Below are positions 1 to 10,538 of a DNA stretch of 41,051 bases, in pieces. Every line of letters begins with the position of its first letter. Position 1 is the first letter of the stretch. This DNA is from Modestobacter sp. (GTDB lineage Bacteria; Actinomycetota; Actinomycetes; Mycobacteriales; Geodermatophilaceae): contig JAICZD010000001.1 in the NCBI GenBank assembly GCA_025933855.1, forward strand, positions 1 through 41,051. The letters are read 5' to 3'. The position numbers and the translations under genes are program-made. The notes under the pieces are model-generated. The model was not told the origin of the DNA. It saw only the letters and a list, made by a program, of their open reading frames with translations, and did no database searches.

Positions 1-249
1 CCCGGTCGCGAGCACCGCCCGCTCACCCAGCCGCTCCACCAGCGCGCCGCAGCCGAACGCGGAGGCGAACCGGAAGAAGGCGAAGGCGCTGACGGCCAGC
101 CCGATCGCCGTCGTCCCGACGCCGTAGGAGCGGGCGAACAACGGGATGGCCGGGGCCACCACCCCGAAGCCGAGCGCCACGACGAAGGCGATGACGGCCA
201 GCACCCGGACCTCGCGCGGCAGGGCTGGGTCGGTCCGGCGTCGTCGCAC
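1..249 (-). CDS. MFS transporter, N-terminal part (runs off the window start)
   Basis: Manual translation from GTG at 249: MRRRRTDPALPREVRVLAVIAFVVALGFGVVAPAIPLFARSYGVGTTAIGLAVSAFAFFRFASAFGCGALVERLGERAVLATG. It shows TM1-TM2 and MFS motif A (G-x-L-x-E-R-x-G-x-R). Not in the ORF track. Confidence 0.85.
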   Translation of the reverse strand, partial: MRRRRTDPALPREVRVLAVIAFVVALGFGVVAPAIPLFARSYGVGTTAIGLAVSAFAFFRFASAFGCGALVERLGERAVLATG

Positions 250-343
250 GAGCGCAGATCCTGACCGATCCGCGGGCCGGCCCGTCACCCGCCCGGTGGA
301 CGCGCATCCCGGCGGCGGCGCCCGGCGCGGCTAGGGTCCGGCC

Positions 344-1357
344 GTGGGCGGCGATCGAGCACCGGCGATCCGGGTGCGCGAGCTGCGCAGGACCTTCCGG
401 GTGGCCGAACGCGAGGCGGGGCTGGCGGCCTCGGTGCGCAGCCTGGTGCGGCGCACCCACCGCGACGTCGAGGCCGTCGCGGGGGTCTCCTTCGACGTGG
501 CGCACGGCGAGGTGGTCGGGTTCCTCGGGGCGAACGGCGCGGGCAAGACCACGACCCTGAAGATGCTCTCCGGGCTGCTGCATCCCACGTCCGGCGAGGT
601 CGCCGTCCTCGGCTGCACCCCGGCCCGGCGCGAGCGCGAGTTCCTGCGGCAGATCACCCTGGTGATGGGCAACCGCAACCAGCTGCAGTGGGACATCCCC
701 GCGGCGGACTCCTTCGAGATGAACCGGGCGATCTACCGCATCCCCGACGCCGAGTTCCGCCGCAACCGCGACGAGCTGGTCGAGCTGCTGGAGATCGGCG
801 ACCTGGTCCGCAAGCCGGTCCGCAACCTGTCCCTGGGCGAGCGGATGAAGGCCGAGACCGCCGCGGCGCTGCTGCACCGCCCGCAGGTGCTGTTCCTGGA
901 CGAGCCGACCATCGGCCTGGACGTCACCGCGCAGAAGCGGATCCGGGCCTTCCTCGCCGAGTACAACCGGCGGACCGGCGCCTCGATCCTGATGACCAGC
1001 CACTACATGGCCGACGTGCAGGCGCTGTGCTCCCGGGTGGTCGTGATCGACGCCGGGCAGGTGCTCTACGACGGCGGGCTGCGCGCGCTGACCACCCGGT
1101 TCGCCGCGCACCAGACCATCACCGTGGGGCTGCCCGAAGGCGCGGTCGACCTGTCCGGCTACGGCGAGGTGGTGGAGTCCACGCCGGACGGCCGCACCAG
1201 CCTGCGGGTGCCCAAGGCCCAGGCCAGTGCGGTCGCCGCCCGGCTGCTCGCCGCGCACCGGGTCTCCGACCTGACCATCGAGGACCCGCCGATCGAGGAC
1301 GTCATCGAGCAGGTGTTCGCCTCCCGACCGGCACCGACCGCGCCGGTGACCCGGTGA
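344..1357 (+). CDS. ABC-2 type exporter ATP-binding protein
   Basis: Walker A GANGAGKTT, variant signature LSLGERMK, Walker B LFLDEPT, H-loop TSH. The start is preceded by TAGGGT plus 6 nt, suggesting a leaderless transcript. Confidence 0.95.
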   Translation: MGGDRAPAIRVRELRRTFRVAEREAGLAASVRSLVRRTHRDVEAVAGVSFDVAHGEVVGFLGANGAGKTTTLKMLSGLLHPTSGEVAVLGCTPARREREFLRQITLVMGNRNQLQWDIPAADSFEMNRAIYRIPDAEFRRNRDELVELLEIGDLVRKPVRNLSLGERMKAETAAALLHRPQVLFLDEPTIGLDVTAQKRIRAFLAEYNRRTGASILMTSHYMADVQALCSRVVVIDAGQVLYDGGLRALTTRFAAHQTITVGLPEGAVDLSGYGEVVESTPDGRTSLRVPKAQASAVAARLLAAHRVSDLTIEDPPIEDVIEQVFASRPAPTAPVTR

Positions 1358-2193
1358 CCGCCGTCGACGCGCCGCCCCGCCGCCGCCGGCTGTCCGGGCT
1401 GCCCGGCTTCTACGCGGTCGTCATGCGCACCGCGGTGCAGACCCAGTTCCAGTACCGGACGGCGAACTACCTCTACATGGTCGGCATGATCGCCGAGCCG
1501 GTGATCTACCTGGTGGTGTGGTCCGCGGTCGCGCAGGCGCAGGGCGGATCGGTGCAGGGCATCACCGCCGGGGAGTTCGCCGCCTACTACATCGTCTGGA
1601 CGCTGGTCCGGAACATGAACATCGTCTTCACCCCCTACGGCTGGGAGGAGCGGATCCGCCAGGGCGAGCTGTCCGGTCTGCTGGTGCGCCCGGTGCACCC
1701 GATCCACTACGACCTGGCCTACTTCGCCGGCTGGAAGTTCGTGGTGATCCTGCTGTGGCTGCCGATCGCGGCGGTGCTGTCGCTGGTCTTCCGGCCGACG
1801 TTCGACGTCCGCGGGGTGGAGGTGCTGGTGTTCGTCGCCGCGATCTGGGGCGCCTACCTCATCCGCTCGATGCTGCTGTGGGCGCTGGGCATGGTCACCT
1901 TCTGGACGACGCGGGTCAGCGCCCTGTACGAGCTGTACTTCACCGCCGAGCTGCTGCTGTCCGGGCGGCTGCTGCCGCTCGTCCTGCTGCCGGCGTGGGC
2001 CGCGACGATCGCGGACTGGACGCCGTTCCAGTACACGTTCGGCTATCCGATCGAGGTGCTCGCCGGCGACCTGACCACCGGGCAGCTGTGGACCGGCCTG
2101 GCCCTGCAGGCGGTGTGGATCGCCGCCGGGGCGCTGCTGGTGGCGGTGGTGTGGCGGTTCGGCATCCGGCGCTACTCGGCGGTCGGCAACTGA
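1354..2193 (+). CDS. ABC-2 family permease (ABC2_membrane_6 type)
   Basis: GTGA overlap with the ATPase stop. Hydrophobic protein with QYR and IRQGELSGLLVRP motifs, ending RRYSAVGN. Confidence 0.9.
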   Translation: MTAVDAPPRRRRLSGLPGFYAVVMRTAVQTQFQYRTANYLYMVGMIAEPVIYLVVWSAVAQAQGGSVQGITAGEFAAYYIVWTLVRNMNIVFTPYGWEERIRQGELSGLLVRPVHPIHYDLAYFAGWKFVVILLWLPIAAVLSLVFRPTFDVRGVEVLVFVAAIWGAYLIRSMLLWALGMVTFWTTRVSALYELYFTAELLLSGRLLPLVLLPAWAATIADWTPFQYTFGYPIEVLAGDLTTGQLWTGLALQAVWIAAGALLVAVVWRFGIRRYSAVGN

Positions 2194-3017
2194 TGGGCGC
2201 GGCTTCCCGGCGCGACGCGCAGGCACGCGACCTCCGGGCGCTCGGGCTCGTCGCCACCTTCCTCCGGGTGGGCGTGCAGACGGAGCTGCAGTACCGGGCG
2301 AACGTGGTGTTCAGCGCGCTGCAGTCGCTGGTCGCCGTGGCCACCTCCCTCGCCGTCCTCGGGCTGGTCTTCTCCCACACCGACTCCCTGGGCGGCTGGT
2401 CGGGGAACGAGCTGCTCGTCGTCATGGGCGTGTACGTGCTGATGGGCGGGGTGATCCGCTCGGTCGTCCAGCCGAACATGCAGCAGCTCATGGCCGACGT
2501 CCAGCACGGCACGCTGGACTTCGTCCTGACCAAGCCCGCCGACGGCCAGCTGCTGGTCAGCGCCCGCCGGTTCCAGCTGTGGCAGGCCGTCGACGTCGTC
2601 CTCGGTGCCGTCCTGGTGGTCGTCGCCGTCGTGCGGCTGGACCGGCCGGTCGGCGTCGGGGCGGTGCTCGGCTTCCTGGCCGCCCTCGGGCTGGGCGCGG
2701 TCACCATCTACTCGTTCTGGCTGCTGCTCACCATCGGCGCCTTCTGGATCGTCCGGGTCGACAGCCTGGTCGACCTCTTCGACGGCATGTACCAGGCCGG
2801 GCGGTGGCCGGTCAGCGTCTATCCGGGCTGGCTGCGGATCGGCTTCACCTTCCTGGTGCCGCTGGCCTTCGCGATCACCGTGCCGGCGCAGGCGCTGACC
2901 GGCCGGGCGTCGGGCTGGCTGCTGCTGGGCGCGGCCGCCTTCACGGCGGTGCTGTTCACGCTGACCCGGGCACTGTGGCGGGTCGGCCTGCGCCACTACA
3001 GCGGCGCCTCGGCCTGA
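2193..3017 (+). CDS. ABC-2 family permease (ABC2_membrane_6 type), second subunit
   Basis: TGATG overlap with the previous gene. Motifs QYRAN, GTLDFVLTKP, WPVSVYPGWLR; ends GLRHYSGASA. Confidence 0.9.
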   Translation: MGAASRRDAQARDLRALGLVATFLRVGVQTELQYRANVVFSALQSLVAVATSLAVLGLVFSHTDSLGGWSGNELLVVMGVYVLMGGVIRSVVQPNMQQLMADVQHGTLDFVLTKPADGQLLVSARRFQLWQAVDVVLGAVLVVVAVVRLDRPVGVGAVLGFLAALGLGAVTIYSFWLLLTIGAFWIVRVDSLVDLFDGMYQAGRWPVSVYPGWLRIGFTFLVPLAFAITVPAQALTGRASGWLLLGAAAFTAVLFTLTRALWRVGLRHYSGASA

Positions 3018-3065
3018 GGCACGCCGGCCCCTGCCACGTGGCCACGAGGGTGGCACCGGCGCCGA

Positions 3066-3770
3066 TCAGCCCCCGCCGCCCAACTGGCCGACCCCGGCGG
3101 CGATGACCAGGAGGCTGGTGAGCAGCGCCGCGGTGGCCTCGATGCCCATCAGCGCCTTCGCCCGGACGGTCAACGGCATGGTGTCGGTCGGGCTGAAGGC
3201 GCTGGAGTTGGTCAGCGAGACGTACAGGTAGTCGCTGAAGGACGGCACCCAGTCGCTGCACACGCTCGAGGTCCGGGCGACCTCCTCGACGGTGTCGCGG
3301 TTCTCGTCCTGGGAGAACCGGAAGTCGGCGCTGGGCAGCTGCGCGCGGGGGCGGCGGTGCCGGGACACCGGGCCTCCGCGGTCGAGCTCGGAGAACGCCA
3401 GGGCGAAGACCAGCACGTCGGTCGCCCAGATCTGCAACGCCGCCAGCAGCAGGGTGTCCGGCCGGCTGGCTGCCGGGGCGTGGCTGACCAGGGCGAAGAC
3501 GGTCAACCCGAGCGAGGTCAGGTTGCCGACCGCGATCAGCGCGATCAACGCGATGGCCACCCGCCGCGACCAGCGCGTCTCCCGGTTCATCCGCCACGGG
3601 TTGACCACCACCAGCGTGACGAGCAGGACCGCCTCGACCGCCGGCACGACCAGCCGCGGGCCGATGAGCAGGTCGTCGGGCAGCAGTGCATAGAGGGCGA
3701 TCGCGACGAGCGTCGCCACGGCTGCCGGAAATCGCACCTCGCCCCGTCGCCCGGTCCGGTCGTCTGCCAC
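3066..3770 (-). CDS. DUF1345-like membrane protein
   Basis: C-terminal part of ORF 3066..4931 from GTG at 3770. Several TM helices; motifs ELDRGGP, DFRFSQ, WVPSFSDYLYVSLTNSSAFSPTDTMPL. Confidence 0.8.
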   Translation of the reverse strand: MADDRTGRRGEVRFPAAVATLVAIALYALLPDDLLIGPRLVVPAVEAVLLVTLVVVNPWRMNRETRWSRRVAIALIALIAVGNLTSLGLTVFALVSHAPAASRPDTLLLAALQIWATDVLVFALAFSELDRGGPVSRHRRPRAQLPSADFRFSQDENRDTVEEVARTSSVCSDWVPSFSDYLYVSLTNSSAFSPTDTMPLTVRAKALMGIEATAALLTSLLVIAAGVGQLGGGG

Positions 3771-3836
3771 CGGACGCAGGGTGCCATCCGGACCTGTGCC
3801 GCCGGGTGGACGCGCCGGGTGGTAGAGCTGCCGCCC

Positions 3837-4760
3837 ATGGAGAAGATGACGCTGGTGCTGGACCAGCTGCCCGGCGACCCCGTGGAGATCCCCTGCGCGC
3901 GGATCGAGGGCTCGCTGGGCGACGGCCCGCACCTGACCGTGCTCGCCGGCGTGCACGGCGGCGAGTACACCGGCCCGGCCGCGGTGCTGCGCCTGCTGCA
4001 CGAGCTCGACCCGGGCCGGCTGCGCGGCACGGTCACCGCGGTGCCGGTGCTGAACCAGCCGGCGTTCTGGAGCCGGACGGCGTTCGTGGTCCCGGCCGAC
4101 GGCAAGAACCTGAACCGGTGCTTCCCCGGCGACCCGGCCGGCTCCTACAGCGAGGTCCTCGCGCACGAGGTGTTCACCCGGCTGATCGCGCCCAGCGACG
4201 CCCTCCTGGACCTGCACGCCGGGGACCTGCCCGAGGCGCTCGAGCCGTTCTGCCTGTACGAGGAGTCGGCGGTCGAGGAGCGTTCCCGGGCGCTCGCGCT
4301 GGCCTACGGACCGGGGCACGTGGTCCGGCAGAGCCGGGCGCTGCGCACGGTCGGCGGGAGCACCAGCAGCGCCGCCGCGGACGTCGGCATCCCGGCGATC
4401 ATCGCGGAGATCGGGGCCAACGGGATCTGCGACGAGGCGTCGGTGGCCGGCCACCTCCGGGGGGTGCTGGCCGTCTGCGCGTCGCTGGGCATGCTCCCCG
4501 GGCACGAGGTCGACCCCTCGCCGCCGCCGACCGAGCACTCCGGCTGGGCGTGGCTGCGCAGCCCGGTCCGCGGCTGGTGGCGGCCCGCCGTGGCCGTCGG
4601 TGCGCAGGTCGCCGCGGGGGACCTGCTGGGTGTGCTGCTCGATCCCTACGGCGAGGAGCTGCACCGGGTGGCCGCCCCGGTCGACGGCTGCCCGCTGTTC
4701 CTCACCAGCAGCCCCGCGGTCGACGCCGACGGCCTGCTGCTGGGACTCGCCACCGGCTGA
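3837..4760 (+). CDS. Succinylglutamate desuccinylase/aspartoacylase family (M14-like) Zn deacylase
   Basis: ATG at 3837. Motifs AGVHGGE, NLNRCFPG, LLDLHAG, IIAEIG, and a C-terminal barrel-sandwich segment. Confidence 0.9.
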   Translation: MEKMTLVLDQLPGDPVEIPCARIEGSLGDGPHLTVLAGVHGGEYTGPAAVLRLLHELDPGRLRGTVTAVPVLNQPAFWSRTAFVVPADGKNLNRCFPGDPAGSYSEVLAHEVFTRLIAPSDALLDLHAGDLPEALEPFCLYEESAVEERSRALALAYGPGHVVRQSRALRTVGGSTSSAAADVGIPAIIAEIGANGICDEASVAGHLRGVLAVCASLGMLPGHEVDPSPPPTEHSGWAWLRSPVRGWWRPAVAVGAQVAAGDLLGVLLDPYGEELHRVAAPVDGCPLFLTSSPAVDADGLLLGLATG

Positions 4761-4769
4761 CCGGGGGCG

Positions 4770-4803
4770 GGGGTGGCCCGGGCGGCGGCGCCCGGGCCAC
4801 CCC
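4770..4803 (+). terminator. Perfect 15-bp stem hairpin after the M14-like gene
   Basis: GGGGTGGCCCGGGCG-gcgg-CGCCCGGGCCACCCC begins 10 nt after the stop. There is no U-tract, which is common in actinobacteria. Confidence 0.65.
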
Positions 4804-4836
4804 GAAACCGTTCCAAACGTAACAGGAAAGAAGTGC

Positions 4837-4865
4837 TTGGCCCCGACTGTAATGAACGCTACGGT
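4837..4865 (+). promoter_or_regulatory. SigA/HrdB-type promoter of the peptide-catabolic operon with an overlapping imperfect palindrome
   Basis: TTGGCC(4837-42)-N17-TACGGT(4860-65) in a locally AT-rich patch. The dyad cTGTAAtgaacgcTACGg (GTA-N8-TAC) lies at 4847-4864. Confidence 0.6.
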
Positions 4866-4961
4866 CCTGCCAGTCGGTCGGACCGCCCGCCGGACGGCGT
4901 CCCCGCCGCACCGCGCACGACCCGGCCACACCCCACCACAACCCGCCCCGCGGGCAGGACG

Positions 4962-6539
4962 ATGAGGCAGTCGATGACACGTTCAACCCGAATCAGGACA
5001 GCCGGGATCGCGGCCGTCGCCGCGATCACCCTCTCCGCCTGCGGTGGCGGTGGCAGCAGCAGTGACTCGAGCGCCGGCGGGGGCTCGCCGGCCGAGGGCG
5101 GCGATCTGACCATCGCCCGCCAGGCCGACATCCTCTCCATGGACAAGACCACCACGTTCGACAACAGCTCGATCTACGTGATGGAACAGATCATGGAGCC
5201 GCTGTTCATGGTCAGCCAGGACGGCACCAAGGTGGAGCCGTGGCTGGCCACGGACTACACGATCTCCGATGACAAGCTCACCTACACGCTCAAGCTCCGC
5301 GACGGGGTGAAGTTCTCCACCGGCGACCCGATGACCGCCGCCGACGTGAAGTTCTCCATCGACGAGGACACCAAGACCGGGGCCGACGGCTGGGGCTTCA
5401 TCAACGCCGCGATCGACTCGGTCGAGGCCACCGACGACAGCACGGTGACCATCAAGCTCAAGTACGCCTGGGCGCCGCTGCTGGCCGACCTGTCGCTGTT
5501 CAGCAACGGCATCATCCCGAACAACTACGGCGGCAAGACCTCCGAGGAGTTCTACAAGGCTCCGGTGGGCACCGGCCCGTTCGTCTGGGGCGAGTGGAAG
5601 CAGGGCCAGTACGTCAAGGTGAACAAGAACCCCGACTACTGGGGCGACAAGCCGCACCTGGACAGCGTCACCTGGACCGTCGTCCCGGACGCCAACACCC
5701 GCAAGCTGCAGCTGCAGGGCGGGCAGATCGACATCGACGAGTTCCCGGACTGGTCGGGCTTCGGGGCGCTGAAGGACAGCCCCGGCATCACCGCGACGGC
5801 GTTCCCCTCGACCCGGATCGACTACGTCGCCTTCAACGAGCTGCGGACGCCGTTCCAGGACGTGCACGTGCGCCGGGCGATCGCCTACGCCCTCGACCGG
5901 GAGGCGATGGTCAAGAGCGTGCTCTACGGCAACGGCCAGGCCGCGGACTCGCTGCTCTCCCCGGGGACGCCGTTCTACGCGAAGAACCCCGACGCCCCGA
6001 AGCTGGACCTGGCCAAGGCCAAGCAGGAGCTGGCCCAGTCCTCGCAGCCCAACGGGTTCTCCACCAGCATCCTGATCAACGCCGGTGACCCGAACCAGGT
6101 GTCGGTCTCGCAGATCATGCAGTCCCAGCTCAAGGAGCTCGGGATCAACCTGGAGATCAAGCAACTGGACGCGACCGCGACGCGGGCCGCCCGGAACGCC
6201 CAGGACTTCGACATGATCATCCTCGGCTGGACGATGGACATCCCGGACCCCGACGAGTGGACGTCGTTCGCGGTGGACCCCGAGGGCGGCTCGCACTCGG
6301 CCTACACGAGCTACAACAACCCCGACGTCATCGCCCTGAACAAGCAGGCGCAGGCGGAGACCGACGAGGCCAAGCGGGCCGACCTGTACGAGCAGCTGCA
6401 GAAGAAGGTCGCCGACGACGCCTTCGCGGCCTACCTCTACTACTCGCCGTACGCCTACGCGATGAGCGACAAGGTGTCCGGCTTCGAGGTCACGCCGCTC
6501 GGCAACTACCACCTGGAGGACGTCTCCAAGTCCGAGTGA
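4962..6539 (+). CDS. Peptide/nickel-family ABC substrate-binding lipoprotein (SBP_bac_5)
   Basis: Lipobox LSAC followed by a G/S linker. Family-5 motifs PWLATDY, LRDGVKFSTG, PVGTGPF, VRRAIAYALDR. Alternative start at 4974. Confidence 0.95.
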   Translation: MRQSMTRSTRIRTAGIAAVAAITLSACGGGGSSSDSSAGGGSPAEGGDLTIARQADILSMDKTTTFDNSSIYVMEQIMEPLFMVSQDGTKVEPWLATDYTISDDKLTYTLKLRDGVKFSTGDPMTAADVKFSIDEDTKTGADGWGFINAAIDSVEATDDSTVTIKLKYAWAPLLADLSLFSNGIIPNNYGGKTSEEFYKAPVGTGPFVWGEWKQGQYVKVNKNPDYWGDKPHLDSVTWTVVPDANTRKLQLQGGQIDIDEFPDWSGFGALKDSPGITATAFPSTRIDYVAFNELRTPFQDVHVRRAIAYALDREAMVKSVLYGNGQAADSLLSPGTPFYAKNPDAPKLDLAKAKQELAQSSQPNGFSTSILINAGDPNQVSVSQIMQSQLKELGINLEIKQLDATATRAARNAQDFDMIILGWTMDIPDPDEWTSFAVDPEGGSHSAYTSYNNPDVIALNKQAQAETDEAKRADLYEQLQKKVADDAFAAYLYYSPYAYAMSDKVSGFEVTPLGNYHLEDVSKSE

Positions 6540-6546
6540 CCGTCGA

Positions 6547-6587
6547 CCGGGCGGTGGGCGCAGCCGGCAGCGGCGCCCACCACCCGG
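6547..6587 (+). terminator. Intergenic hairpin after the SBP gene (mRNA stabiliser or partial terminator)
   Basis: CCGGGCGGTGGGCGC ... GCGCCCACCACCCGG, a 15-bp stem with one mismatch, in the usual position between SBP and permease genes. Confidence 0.55.
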
Positions 6588-6623
6588 CCCGGCCGACGCT
6601 CCAACCGACGAGGAGGTGGGCGC

Positions 6624-7583
6624 GTGCTCGACCGTTTCCGGTTCGTCCCGATCCGGCTGCTGCAGTCGATCCCGGTGGTCATCGGGGTCACGATCGTGGT
6701 GTTCTTCATGGTCCACCTGCTGCCGGGCAACCCGGCGCTGACCATCCTGGGGCAGACCGCGACCCCGGAGCGGGTGGCGGCGCTGAACACCCAGCTCGGG
6801 CTGGACAAGCCCTTGTGGGACCAGTACTTCATCTTCGTGGGCCGCCTGCTCCACGGCGACCTGGGCGACAGCTTGACCTACCAGCGACCGGTGTTCGACC
6901 TGGTCTTCCAGGCCGTCCCGATCACGCTGTCCCTGCTGGCCTTCGCGCTGGTGCTCTCGCTGGTGATCAGCGTTCCGCTGGCCGCGCTCGCGGCCACGGC
7001 CCCCGGGCGGCTGCGCGACCTGCTGGTGCGGGTCTTCACCCTGATCGGCCAGGGCATGCCGCAGTTCTGGGTCGGCATCATGCTCATCCTGCTGCTCGCG
7101 GTGAAGGCGCGCGCCTTCCCGGTCGGCGGGTACGGCCAGACCGCCGCCGAGCACCCGTACTACCTGTTCCTGCCCGCGCTGACGCTGGCGATCGCCATGT
7201 CGCCGACGACGATCCGCAGCCTGCGCGCCTCGACGATCAACGTGCTCGGCGCGGACTACGTCGGGACGGCGCGGTCCAAGGGCGCGTCCGGGATCTCGCT
7301 GTTCCGCGGGCACGTGCTGCGCAACGCCGCCATCCCGACGGTCTCGATCATCGGCGTCAACCTCGGCTACCTGGTCGGCGGCTCGCTGGTGATCGAGAAG
7401 GTGTTCGCGATCCCGGGCCTCGGCTCGCTGATGATCAACGCCATCTTCTCCCGGGACTTCCCGACCATCCAGGCGGTCGCCCTGTTCGTGGCGCTGTTCG
7501 TGATCGTCGTCGGGATCCTCACCGACGTCGTCTACACCCTCATCGACCCGCGGGTCGACCTGTCCAGCAGGGAGCGCGCATGA
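6624..7583 (+). CDS. dppB: Peptide ABC permease (DppB/OppB type)
   Basis: RBS GAGGAGG. Motifs LGLDKPLWDQY, GDLGDS, EAA loop DYVGTARSKG, HVLRNA, RDFPTIQ, DPRV. Confidence 0.95.
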   Translation: MLDRFRFVPIRLLQSIPVVIGVTIVVFFMVHLLPGNPALTILGQTATPERVAALNTQLGLDKPLWDQYFIFVGRLLHGDLGDSLTYQRPVFDLVFQAVPITLSLLAFALVLSLVISVPLAALAATAPGRLRDLLVRVFTLIGQGMPQFWVGIMLILLLAVKARAFPVGGYGQTAAEHPYYLFLPALTLAIAMSPTTIRSLRASTINVLGADYVGTARSKGASGISLFRGHVLRNAAIPTVSIIGVNLGYLVGGSLVIEKVFAIPGLGSLMINAIFSRDFPTIQAVALFVALFVIVVGILTDVVYTLIDPRVDLSSRERA

Positions 7584-8461
7584 CCACGGCGGCGGTGGCG
7601 ACGGCCACCCGCGCGATGCGCCGGCCGGCCCGGTCGCGGTCGCTGAAGGCCTGGTACCGCAACGGCACCCTGGTGGCCGGGCTGGTCATCGTCGGGCTGC
7701 TGGTGCTGGTCGCGGTGCTCGCACCACTGCTGACCCCCTACGACCCGATCAAGCAGGACCTGCAGAACTCGCTGCTCTCGCCGAGCGCCGACCACTGGCT
7801 GGGCACGGACAAGTACGGCCGCGACGTGCTCACCCGGCTGCTCTACGGCGCCCGGGTCGACCTGCGGGTCGGCTTCCTCGCCGTGCTCATCCCGTTCGTG
7901 ATCGGCTCGGTGCTCGGCGCGCTGGCCGGCTACTTCGGCGGCTGGTTCGACACGATCGTCATGCGGGTCGTCGACGTGTTCTTCGCCTTCCCCTTCTACG
8001 TGCTGGTCATCGTGCTGGTGTTCGTCTTCGGCAACGGGGAGAAGAGCATCTACCTGGCGATCGCCGCGGTCTCGTGGGTCGCCTACGCCAAGATCATGCG
8101 CGGCGAGCTGCTGGTGGCCAAGAAGCAGGACTACGTCGTCGCGGCGCGGCTGGGCGGCATGTCGCACGGCCGGATCCTGGTCAAGCACATCGCGCCGAAC
8201 GTGCTGTCCCAGGCACTGATCTACGCGATGAGCGACATCGTCATGGACATCATGGCCATCGTCACCCTGGGCTACCTGGGCCTGGGCATCGCCCCGCCCA
8301 CCCCGGAGTGGGGCTCGATGATCCTCGACGGCCAGGAGTTCATCACCACCCAGTGGCTGCAGGCCACGATCCCCGGGCTGGCGGTGGTGGTGACCAGCCT
8401 CGGCCTGTCCCTCCTCGGGGACGGGCTGTCCGACCTGCTCTCCCCGGAGCGGAGGAAGTGA
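7580..8461 (+). CDS. dppC: Peptide ABC permease (DppC/OppC type)
   Basis: ATGA overlap. Motifs HWLGTDKYGRD, DYVVAARLGG, LGYLGLG..PPTPEWG, LLGDGLSD. Confidence 0.95.
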   Translation: MTTAAVATATRAMRRPARSRSLKAWYRNGTLVAGLVIVGLLVLVAVLAPLLTPYDPIKQDLQNSLLSPSADHWLGTDKYGRDVLTRLLYGARVDLRVGFLAVLIPFVIGSVLGALAGYFGGWFDTIVMRVVDVFFAFPFYVLVIVLVFVFGNGEKSIYLAIAAVSWVAYAKIMRGELLVAKKQDYVVAARLGGMSHGRILVKHIAPNVLSQALIYAMSDIVMDIMAIVTLGYLGLGIAPPTPEWGSMILDGQEFITTQWLQATIPGLAVVVTSLGLSLLGDGLSDLLSPERRK

Positions 8462-8463
8462 CC

Positions 8464-9506
8464 ATGCCCGGTGCTACCGCGCAGACGGCCGCCCGGCGTG
8501 CCTCGCACGTGCCGGTGCAGCCCGGCGTTCCGCTGCTCAGCGTGCAGGACCTCACCATCGGCATCCGGGGATCGGCCGGCCGGTCGGTCGCCATCGTCGA
8601 AGGCGTCTCCTTCGACGTGGCGCCCGGCCAGCGGATGGGCATCGTGGGCGAGTCCGGGTCGGGCAAGTCGCTGACCCTGCGGGCGATCGCCGGGCTGCTG
8701 CCCAAGCCGGTGGAGGTGCTGTCCGGGCGCGTCGAGTACGGCGGCGCCGACCTGCTCACGATGCCGGCCAAGAAGCGCCGCACGCTGATGGGCCCGGAGA
8801 TCGCGATGATCTTCCAGGAGCCGATGACCGCCCTCAACCCGGTGGTGCGGGTCGGCGACCAGATCGCCGAGGGCCCCCGCCGGCACCTGGGGATGTCGGC
8901 CAAGGAGGCCGGCGAGCTGGCCGTGTCGATGATGGCGCGCACCGGCATCCCCGACCCGCGGCGGCGGGCCCGGGCCTATCCGCACGAGCTCTCCGGCGGC
9001 CTGCGCCAGCGGATCATGATCGCCATGGCCGTCTCCTGCGGCCCGCGCCTGCTGCTGTGCGACGAGCCGACCACCGCCTTGGACGTGACGGTCCAGTTGC
9101 AGGTGCTGCGCCTGCTGGAACGGCTGTGCTCGGACACCGGCACCTCGCTGGTCTTCGTCACCCACGACCTCGCGGTGATCAACCAGACCTGCTCGGAGCT
9201 GGCGGTGATGTATGCCGGCCACATCGTCGAGTCCGGCCGGGTGGCCGAGGTGTTCCGGCAACCCCGTCACCCCTACACCCGCGGGCTGCTGGAGTCCGCG
9301 CCGGACTTCGACCGGCCCGACCGCGAGCTGATCCCGATCCCCGGCTTCCCGCCCAACGTCGCCGACCGGCCCGCGGGCTGCCCGTTCGCGCCGCGCTGCG
9401 GGTACGTGCGCGACCACTGCACCGAGGCCATGCCGCCGCTGGCCGAGGTCGCACCCGGCCGGCTGTCGGCCTGCTACGAGAGCGACCGGCTCACCGAGGT
9501 GCTGGC

Positions 9507-9510
<4 letters not shown>
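8464..9510 (+). CDS. dppD: Peptide ABC ATP-binding protein (DppD/OppD type)
   Basis: GESGSGKS, YPHELSGGLRQR, LCDEPTTALD, HPYTRGL, C-terminal GCPFAPRC. Confidence 0.95.

Positions 9511-10534
<1,024 letters not shown>

Positions 10535-10538
<4 letters not shown>

Noticed and set aside
4804-4834. GlnR box (GAAAC, GTAAC-N6-GAAGT)
   Set aside because: The b-site matches only 3 of 5 bases and the spacing to the upstream GAAAC is wrong. Too weak to call.
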